From: Fonticula alba ATCC 38817
Taxonomy: Eukaryota > Protista > Nucleariida
NCBI GenBank assembly: GCA_000388065.2
Contig: KB932202.1
Strand: one strand, 5' to 3'
DNA: 14,776 bases
The notes below the pieces were generated by a model that made no database searches, had not been told where the DNA came from, and worked only from the letters and a program-made list of their open reading frames with translations. Made by a program: the position numbers and the translations under genes. Positions 7,391 through 14,768 of the stretch are shown piece after piece (the first letter of the stretch is position 1; each line of letters starts with the position of its first letter).

Positions 7391-9503
7391 CTCGACGTCG
7401 CCCGCGACACCCAGCACGAGAAGATCATCCGCGGCACCATGCTCGCCGTGGCCATGATCATGCACGAGACCGAGCAGGAGGCCGACAGCCTGGTGGACGA
7501 GCTCCTGGCCGACAAGGACCCCCTCATGCGGTATGGCGCGGTGCACACCATCGCCATGGCGTACATCGGCACCGGCAACACCTGGGCCATCCAGCGCCTC
7601 CTGCACACGGCCGTCAGCGATGTCAATGATGATGTCCGCCGGTCGGCCGCCTCGTCGCTGGGGTTCCTGCTCTTCCGCGATCCGGAGTCCTGCCCGCGCC
7701 TGGTGCAGCTCCTGTCCGACTCGTACAACCCCCACGTGCGCTACGGCACGGCCATGGCCCTGGGCATGGCCTGTGCCGGGACCGGCAGCTCGGCCGCCAG
7801 CAAGATCCTGGACAAGCTGGCCGCCGACCCGGTGGACCTGGTCCGCCAGGCGGCCGTCATCGGCCATGCCATGGTCATGCAGCAGCAGCCGGAGTCCCGC
7901 GCCGGCCCGGTCCGCACCCACATCGCCAACTGCATCAGCGAGCGCCATGAGGCCTATCTGGCTCGCTTTGGCGCGGTCATCGCCCAGGGCATCCTGGAGG
8001 CCGGCGGCCGGAATGTGGTCATCTCCCTGGCCTCCAGCAGTGTCGGCGGGTCGGTCCGCCCGGCGGCCTCGGTCGGCCTGCTGCTGTTCAGCCAGTTCTG
8101 GTTCTGGTATCCCCTGATCAACATGCTGTCCATGGCCTTTGTCCCGACCGGGGTCATCCTGGCGGATGAGGAGCTGCGCGTGCGTCCTTGCCTCGCTGGT
8201 CCCTTGCCAGTTGCCTTCCCGTGTGTCTCGGCCTCCCCCGCCGGGGCACACACACACACATCCCCCCTCTGCATGCACGCCACTGACACATGCGACAACC
8301 GCACGCACGCACACACACACGCACACACACACACACACACACACGCACACACACACGCACACACACACGCACACACGCACACGCACACACGCACACACAC
8401 ACATCCAGATCCCCACCATCACCCTGAACGTCCGCGCCCGGCCCAGCCAGCTGGCCTACCCGGTCCAGGCCAAGGAGGAGGAGGTCAAGACCCAGACCAA
8501 GGTGGCCACGGCCGTCCTGTCGACCACGCACCGGGCCAAGGCCCGCGCCACGCTGGCCGAGAAGGCCCGCTCGGCCGCCGCCTCCCAGGCCGCCAGCATG
8601 GCCCCCAGTCGCCAGATCAGCCCCAGCTCCAGCTCCGGCAACCTGGCCGCCATGGCGGCCGGCACCTCGGCCGCCGGCGCCGGCGCCCCGGCCAAGATGG
8701 ACGTCGACGTGGTCAACCCGGCCGGCGGCCAGAAGAAGGTCAAGTTCGAGGAGGCCGAGCCGACGCCGGCCGCCGTGGCGGCGCCGGCCACCCCGGAGGA
8801 GCCCACCTCCACCACCATCACCAACCCGGCGCGCGTGCCGCCGGCCCTGGTCCGGCATGTGTCCCTGTCGCCGGCGGCCGGCTCCCGCTTCGAGGTGGCC
8901 GCCAAGGCCCCGGGGCAGCTGACCGGCATTGTGATCGTGCGCGAGCGCGCCGGCGCCGCCGCCGGTAAGGAGGACGTCACCTACCTGAAGCCCAGCAATA
9001 TGCTGAGCAACCCGGCCCCCCCGAGCGCGGCTTCGGTGCAGGAGCTCCGGGCCTTTGTCCGGCAGCTGCCGGGCGGCCCGGCCGATGCGCTGGTCGGCGA
9101 CCAGCTCCTGGCCGGCAGCGGGGTCGGTGGCTTCGGCCTCGGCGGGCTTGGCGGTCGCCTGGGCGGCCGCGGCGGTGGCGGTCGCCAGTCCCTCATCGAT
9201 GAGAACTTCCTGCAGGCGGCCCTCTTCGATGCGGTCAACTCCGTCACCCAGCAGCATGCCCAGCGGCAGGCGGCTCGCTCGGCCGGCAGCGAGGCCGAGG
9301 TGTCCTCCTCCGGGGACTCCTTCGAGCGCATTGACATGCCGGCCGACGAGGACGACCAGGAGCCGGAGGAGGAGGCCACCGACGCCGGCGCCGGGGATGA
9401 CATGCCCGACACCGACGACCCGTCTGGCGCCGACCAGACCAATGCCCCGGGCGCGCCGCCGAAGCGCGAGGGCACCGACGACTCCTCGGCCCCGGACGCG
9501 TGA
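4938..9503 (+). CDS. RPN2: 26S proteasome regulatory subunit Rpn2/PSMD1, 5'-partial; join(4938..5055,5195..5364,5456..5652,5748..6164,6314..6953,7112..7233,7391..8179,8409..9503), ~1182 aa visible
   Basis: All exon phases add up (3548 nt = 2 + 1182 codons including the stop). The translation has Rpn2 hallmarks in order: GLLSMLDED, LAALVLSKLYYHLG, VIGVALES, CFDLYDSA, EGGALYALGLIH, GEAAALALGMIMLG, TQHEKIIRG, AVSDVNDDVRR, SYNPHVRYG (PC repeats), QGILEAGGRNV, QFWFWYPL, KVATAVLS, NPARV, TGIVIVRE. Confidence 0.96.
5056..5194 (+). other. RPN2 intron, 139 nt, phase 2
   Basis: GTCCGT...CAG; restores SISKI|EQLFED. Confidence 0.92.
5365..5455 (+). other. RPN2 intron, 91 nt, phase 1
   Basis: GTGCGT...CAG; restores SILISAIDTY. 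Confidence 0.92.
5653..5747 (+). other. RPN2 intron, 95 nt, phase 0
   Basis: GTATGC donor, CTAAC at 5710-5714, AAG acceptor; restores RYAE|VIGVALES. Confidence 0.92.
6165..6313 (+). other. RPN2 intron, 149 nt, phase 0
   Basis: GTGCGT donor, CTGAC at 6233-6237, (GCAC)n/(AC)n, then CAG. Confidence 0.9.
6236..6312 (+). repeat. (GCAC)n/(AC)n compound microsatellite
   Basis: Read directly from sequence. Confidence 0.96.
6954..7111 (+). other. RPN2 intron, 158 nt, phase 1
   Basis: GTGCGT donor, CTGAC at 7050-7054, first AG at 7110-7111. Gives GSKDANLASTLMDHLY, the same length as the homologous segment as I recall it. Confidence 0.9.
7234..7390 (+). other. RPN2 intron, 157 nt, phase 0
   Basis: GTGCGC donor, CTGAC at 7356-7360, (AC)15 then AG; restores TDL|LDVARDTQHEK. 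Confidence 0.93.
7359..7388 (+). repeat. (AC)15 microsatellite directly abutting the acceptor AG
   Basis: Read directly from sequence. Confidence 0.97.
8180..8408 (+). other. RPN2 intron, 229 nt, phase 0
   Basis: GTGCGT donor, CTGAC at 8283-8287, repeat tract, CAG; restores DEELR|IPTITL. Confidence 0.92.
8300..8403 (+). repeat. (GCAC)/(AC)n compound microsatellite
   Basis: Read directly from sequence. Confidence 0.96.
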
Positions 9504-10070
9504 GCGCGCCGCACCGCCAGGGCAAAAGCAGCAGGCGGCGGGGAGACCCGGAGATCGGCCCCTGAGCGAGGAAGCGCGAGAGGCAGCGAGAGGGAGAGAG
9601 CGCGGGGGGGGGCGTACGCTCGGCCGGCGAGCCAGGCTCGCGTGCCCGCACAAACACACACCCGGGCCCGAGAGCTCAGCCCGGGGCTGCATCCTGCCAT
9701 GTTTGGAAGAGCCCGCGCGAGGAGCGGGGGGCCGGGCAGCCACACCGAGAAGGGCCCCCATGTCCGGCGGCACCCGTGCGTACATGGGGCCGGCAGCGAG
9801 CTGTCGCGCGCACGTGTCGGCACCCCTGCCATCCCCGCCCGCCCCCGCTCCTCGCTCTTCCCCTCCTGGCTTCCCCCTGGCGGCATACCCTCGCATGTGC
9901 GCCCCGGCGAAGACCAGGCCCCCCCCCCCCCCCCGGGGGGAAGAGGACGTCCTCACGCGGAATGCCTCGCCCCGCTCCCTCCCTCTGCGCTGCCCCCCTC
10001 TCTTCCACACAGACACACACGCCCATGCCACCGAGGCATGGGCCCAAGCCGCGCGCCTCTCTGCCGCCTG

Positions 10071-10090
10071 ATTTTGTATCATATATAAAT
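10071..10090 (+). terminator. Candidate RPN2 3'-end formation element (TTTTGTATCATATATAAAT)
   Basis: The only markedly AT-rich island within ~600 nt after the RPN2 stop. It contains TGTA and TATATAAA. Function is inferred. Confidence 0.4.
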
Positions 10091-10901
10091 GACTTTACTC
10101 CTCGCACTGCGTTGTGGCCGCGCGCGCGCCTGGCCAGGCCAAGGGGGGCGGTGGTGGTGTCCCGCGCACCGGTCCATGCCCCGGGAGATGCTGGCATGCT
10201 CCCACCGTGGACGGGTCCCGGGCGCCGGCCCTCCCGCGCCCCCGTCCCCCCGATCGGGAGCAGGCGATTGTGTCCTCGGGGAAATGCAGGGCCAAGGAGG
10301 CGCGGAGGACATAATGACATCGGAGCCCCGGGCCCCGAGGCGCATGCCGCGCATGTGTGCCCTTCTTCCCTCGAACACCCCCGGGCAAAAGGGACCGCCC
10401 GCCAGGCGGGGAGGGCGAGGGTGGCTTTGCGCTCCTTTGGGGTTTCTCTTTTCTGTAGCACGGAGGCTGGGATTCTAGACCGGGGAGGCTGCAGGTACAA
10501 CGGCGGTGACCCGTCCGCGAACCGGGCAGCCGTGGCACAATAGCCCGCCAATGGCGTTGGCCCATGGGGGTCTGGCCGGATGGCTGCCGAATGCTGTTGA
10601 ATGCCGTTGTGCTTAACCTGTCTCATTCGTATGCCGTTTCAGCCCTGGCGAGCGGGCCCTGCCCCGCATGAAGGTGCCTCAGCCGGGGGCCGGCCACGCC
10701 CGGGGCACACAAGACCGCCCCGCCGCGGAATACAATGCCCCGCTCTCGCAGGTGGGGAACCTTCTGCGTACGATCGGCCTCCGGCGGCTGTGGTGGGGAG
10801 AGCTGCTGCTGGCCGCCGACAGGGGACCCCTGCTGGAGGCCGATTTCGGGGCGCACGTTTTCCCAGGTGCCTTTTGTGACCTGCGCGCCCCCCCCCCCCC
10901 C

Positions 10902-11146
10902 NNNNNNNNNNNNNNNNNNNNNNNNNNNNNNNNNNNNNNNNNNNNNNNNNNNNNNNNNNNNNNNNNNNNNNNNNNNNNNNNNNNNNNNNNNNNNNNNNNN
11001 NNNNNNNNNNNNNNNNNNNNNNNNNNNNNNNNNNNNNNNNNNNNNNNNNNNNNNNNNNNNNNNNNNNNNNNNNNNNNNNNNNNNNNNNNNNNNNNNNNNN
11101 NNNNNNNNNNNNNNNNNNNNNNNNNNNNNNNNNNNNNNNNNNNNNN
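10902..11146. other. Assembly gap (245 N)
   Basis: Run of N after poly-C. Confidence 1.
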
Positions 11147-11853
11147 CGTTTGCCGCAAGCGACCAAACGGCCCGGCCTTCGTTGGCGGAGGTCCAGGCAG
11201 ACGGGGGGGAGGGGGGGGGGGCAAGAACTTGCGGGCCGGGGCAACAACCCCCCAACGGACTCCCGCCCCGGGGTGGCGGCCGGGGCCAAAGGGGGGGGGG
11301 GGCCGGCGGCGGGGCGGGACACACTGGCCTTGTTACAATAAAACCTAGTTGCCCTCGGGCTGGGGCTCGGGTGGGCCCCTCTCCTCCGGGGCGCCTCTAG
11401 TGCGCGGGGCGATGGGCAGCGCGAAACGCAAGGGACGGGGCACGTGCGTGCGCGAGTGCGCGCGCGCTCGCGACCGGCCTCTGTGTACGCCGAACGAGGC
11501 GTGCCCGTCGACGCCCGGCGCACGTAACCTGAAGGTAGGCAGCTGGCCCGGGTCCGGGGGGGGGGGGGGGAGGGCGCAGGGCCGCGAAGTGCCTCCCCCC
11601 GGTACGCTGGCGAGCTCGACCCGCGTCCGAGCCTTCCGCGCACCAGATGGTAGACGGGGCCGGGAACACAGCCGGGGGCCGTGCCCGAGAAGGGGCGGGA
11701 TGATTTAAACATATATTGGTCAGGCTTATTTAATGGGCCTTTGGGTGGGCTATGAATCATCCCCGGCGCCGGGCCCTGCCACGCCCGGGCACGCGCATGT
11801 GTGCACAACGGACGATGGGGGGCGCACCAGGGAGCAGCGGGGGACCAGGACTC

Positions 11854-11871
11854 CGCGCGCGCGCGCGCGCG
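11854..11871. repeat. (CG)9 dinucleotide repeat
   Basis: Read directly from sequence. Confidence 0.95.
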
Positions 11872-12552
11872 CCCCTCCCCCTTGGGCCTTTTTTAGGGTG
11901 TGGGCATTTGCCCGCCCAACCCTCCTGCCGCGGACGGGCTCTCTCCCCCCCCCCCGCTCCCTGGCCGGGGCGAGCCGGGGCACCCGGGCGCGGCGCACGG
12001 TGCGCGGCCCCGGACGCCGGCGAAGACACACACACGGACGCCGGCGTGCTGGTTGTCCCCCGCCCGCGCCCCGCGTCCGTTAGATGTAGAGGCGCACCAG
12101 TCGCCGGGGGCAGGGGCCCGGGACGCGCCGGGGACATGCTGGGCGTGGCGTCACACCCCGGCGGTGTGGGCGGCTGGCGCCTGATGGGTTGTTGTCCTCT
12201 CCAGCCCGTCCCCCGCCCCCCCCCCCTCCCGCGACGTGCCAGCTCCGCGGACCTGGACGCGGTATCTGGCGCAAGAGCACGGGGGCCCCCGGCCAGCGGG
12301 CCGGGGTGGCTGTCTGGCGCCGACGCACCCGCACTCGCACCCGCACATGCACTCGCGCCCGCTTCTCGCGGTGCCGCCGGGCGTCGAGGGCCGGCGGCGG
12401 GGGGGACCTGAAAAACCACCGGAGCCTGGGCTCGCCGGCTGGTCTGGCTTCCAAAAGCCTCCCTCTCCGCGTTTCCCCTAACCTGTGATTGGCTTTTGGT
12501 CGTGCGTACCCCGCGTGCCCTTCGTCAAGACTCCCCCCTCCCCCCTCTCTGT

Positions 12553-12553
<1 letters not shown>

Positions 12554-12584
<31 letters not shown>
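12554..12584 (+). repeat. Poly-C homopolymer (31 nt); a second 25-nt poly-C lies at 13015-13039
   Basis: Read directly from sequence. Confidence 0.95.
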
Positions 12585-12588
<4 letters not shown>

Positions 12589-13271
12589 CCTCCCCCTCCG
12601 CCTCTGCCCCCCTTCCCCTCCCCTGTCCACACCTTCGCCCCTGCCGCCCTGCTGCTGGCCGCGCTGTAGGGCTGTTTGGCCCGCGTGCTCCATGCGCATG
12701 TGTATTCCACGTACACGCACGTACGTGCGCGCACACACATATGCACTGAGCTCCCGAGGGTGGACCTCCTGCTGAGGTCCCTCCTCTGCCCTGGTCTCTT
12801 TGCACCGATGCGCCGCGCGTGCGCCCGCACGCCCCACGCGGCAGCCGCGCCGATGCGTCCCTCGGCCCGGCGGCCGGCCGGCCGGCCCGCGGCCTCCTCC
12901 GGTCAGGCTGCCGAGCGCCGGCGGTCTGGCGTCCTGGCTCGACCACCTGCCCAACCGGCCAGCCAGCTTACCTTACCGCGAGCGGCTGACTGGGAGGCCG
13001 GGCTCGCGCTTGCTCCCCCCCCCCCCCCCCCCCCCCCCCTGCTCCACGCACATCCAGCCCATGGCTCCATGCGGCCCTCTCCCTCCCTCCTCCCTCCTCC
13101 TTCGCCGCCTTCGCCGCCTGGTCTCCTCCTTGTCCTCCCACCCCCTGTGCTGCCCGCCCTTGCCGAGTCCCCTAACACCGCGCCGCCTCCCCCTTGCGAC
13201 TCTTCACCCCTGCCACCCATCCGTCCACCCGCGCCCCGCCCCCCCCCCCCTACAAGCAGAAACCCAACAAG

Positions 13272-14768
13272 ATGCTTTCCGCCGCCACCACCCGCCTCAC
13301 CAGCGCCTCCGCCCGCCCCCTGGCGCGCATGTTTGCCACGCAGACCGCCGCCTCTCTGGCCGGCCCGGAGACCCGCATGACCACCCTGCCCAATGGTCTG
13401 CGCGTGTGCACCGAGAACAACGGCTCCGAGACCGCCAGCGTTGGTGTCTGGATCGACACCGGCAGCCGCTACGAGACCGAGGAGACCAACGGTGTCGCCC
13501 ACTTCCTGGAGCACGTGTCCTTCAAGGGCACCCACAAGCGCACCGGCCCCAGCCTCGAGCTTGAGATCGAGAACATGGGCGGCCACCTGAACGCCTACAC
13601 CGCCCGCGAGCAGACCGCCTTCTATGCCCGCGTGTTCAAGAAGAACGTCCCCCAGGTCATGGAGCTCCTGTCGGACCTGCTCCTCGTGCGTGCTTCTTCC
13701 CCCTCCTGGCGCGTCGCTCGCGCCCCGCCTTCTGTTCGCCTCCTTCTGACGCTGACGGCTTTGCTGTCCCCCCCCCCCGCACAGAACTCCAAGTACGAGG
13801 ACCGCCACATCGAGAGCGAGCGCTCGGTCATCCAGCGCGAGCTCGAGTCCATCGAGGCCGACAAGATCGAGTACCTCAACGACCTGCTCCACTCGGCCGC
13901 CTACCAGTGCCACCCCCTGGGCATGACCATCCTCGGCTCGTCGGAGAACATCAACTCCATCTCCCGCGAGGACATCCAGAACTACGTCAAGAACAACTAC
14001 ACCGCCTCGCGGATGGTGGTCGTCGGCGCCGGCGGCGTGGACCACGACGAGCTGGTCAAGATCTCTGCCGACGTCTTCGCCGGCCTGCCGGACGTCGTGG
14101 ACACCAAGCCCGCCCTGGTCAAGCCGCGCATCATCGGCTCGGAGATCCGCGTCCGCAACGACGAGATGCCCTACACCTATGTCGGCCTGGCCCATGAGGG
14201 TGTCAGCCACACCAGCCCGGACTACTTCCCGATGATGATCGCCCAGAGCATCCTCGGCTCCTGGGACCGCAACATCGCCGGTGGTGCCAACGTCTCCTCG
14301 CGCCTGGCCCGCCGCTTCGCCGTCGACGAGCTGGTTTCCTCCTTCGCCGCCTTCAACATCTGCTACCAGGACACCGGTCTCTTCGGCCTGCAGATGGTCA
14401 CCGACAACAAGCTCCGCCTTGATGACCTGCTCTACAGCGCCCAGTATGAGATGGTCCGCCTGTGCCTGGACATCACCCCGGAGGAGGTCGAGCGCGCCAA
14501 GAAGCAGTACCTCACCTCCGTCATGAACGGCCTGGACAGCAACTCCCTCATCGCCGAGGACATCGGCCGCAGCGTCCTCTCCTTCGGCCGCCGCCTGCCC
14601 CCGGCCGAGCTTGTCGCTCGCGTGTCCAGCGTCACCGTCCAGGATGTCCGCAATGCCTGCATGGAGCGCATCTACAACCGCGACCCGGTCCTGGTTGGTA
14701 TTGGTGCCATCGAGGGTCTGCCCGAGTACAACCGCGTCGAGCGCGCCACCGCCTGGCTCCGTTACTAA
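13272..14768 (+). CDS. PMPCB: Mitochondrial processing peptidase beta subunit (M16B metallopeptidase); join(13272..13685,13785..14768), 465 aa
   Basis: Arg/Ser/Thr-rich, acid-free presequence MLSAATTRLTSASARPLARMFAT with an R-x-F site. It is followed by TTLPNGLRV, VGVWIDTGSRYE, the inverted zinc motif HFLEH (13500-13514), EIENMGGHLNAYTAREQT, a distal Glu in ERSVIQRE (13839), LGMTILG, Y-x-DTGLFG and FGRRLP. Good start context (aacaagATG). Confidence 0.93.
   Translation: MLSAATTRLTSASARPLARMFATQTAASLAGPETRMTTLPNGLRVCTENNGSETASVGVWIDTGSRYETEETNGVAHFLEHVSFKGTHKRTGPSLELEIENMGGHLNAYTAREQTAFYARVFKKNVPQVMELLSDLLLVRASSPSWRVARAPPSVRLLLTLTALLSPPPAQNSKYEDRHIESERSVIQRELESIEADKIEYLNDLLHSAAYQCHPLGMTILGSSENINSISREDIQNYVKNNYTASRMVVVGAGGVDHDELVKISADVFAGLPDVVDTKPALVKPRIIGSEIRVRNDEMPYTYVGLAHEGVSHTSPDYFPMMIAQSILGSWDRNIAGGANVSSRLARRFAVDELVSSFAAFNICYQDTGLFGLQMVTDNKLRLDDLLYSAQYEMVRLCLDITPEEVERAKKQYLTSVMNGLDSNSLIAEDIGRSVLSFGRRLPPAELVARVSSVTVQDVRNACMERIYNRDPVLVGIGAIEGLPEYNRVERATAWLRY
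13686..13784 (+). other. MPP-beta intron, 99 nt, phase 0, in frame and stop-free
   Basis: GTGCGT donor, CTGAC at 13746 and 13752, poly-C, CAG. Removal gives LSDLLL|NSKYEDRHIESER, as in homologues. Confidence 0.92.

Noticed and set aside
8154-10082. 642-aa minus-strand ORF antisense to RPN2
   Set aside because: Antisense shadow with a translated microsatellite and no domain signal.
11826-11894. CCAGG-GAGCAG plus a T6 run suggesting SRP RNA or another Pol III gene
   Set aside because: It lacks the helix-8 GNRA loop and the Alu domain, and I see no A/B boxes.
12691-12702. NRF1-like CATGCGCATG palindrome upstream of a mitochondrial gene
   Set aside because: GCGCATG recurs in introns, intergenic DNA and CDS across the window (e.g. 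38, 5086, 10340, 13325), so it reflects local composition.
12965-13008. GCTTACCTTACC resembling the U1 snRNA 5' end, followed by a CGCGAGC/GCTCGCG stem
   Set aside because: No U1 stem-loops, U1-70K/U1A loop sequences or Sm site follow. Short GC stems are expected by chance.
13061-13145. uORF MAPCGPLPPSSLLLRRLRRLVSSLSS resembling a mitochondrial presequence
   Set aside because: It is out of frame with MPP-beta through either tandem acceptor when using the only nearby weak donor (13146). The ATG at 13272 already supplies a good presequence.
197-13784. Introns as a recent introner (transposon-derived) family
   Set aside because: There is no shared internal sequence, uniform length or evident target-site duplication. 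Only the donor hexamer and simple repeats are common.
12903-14210. 435-aa minus-strand ORF antisense to MPP-beta
   Set aside because: Typical antisense frame of C-ending codons; the + strand explains the region fully.
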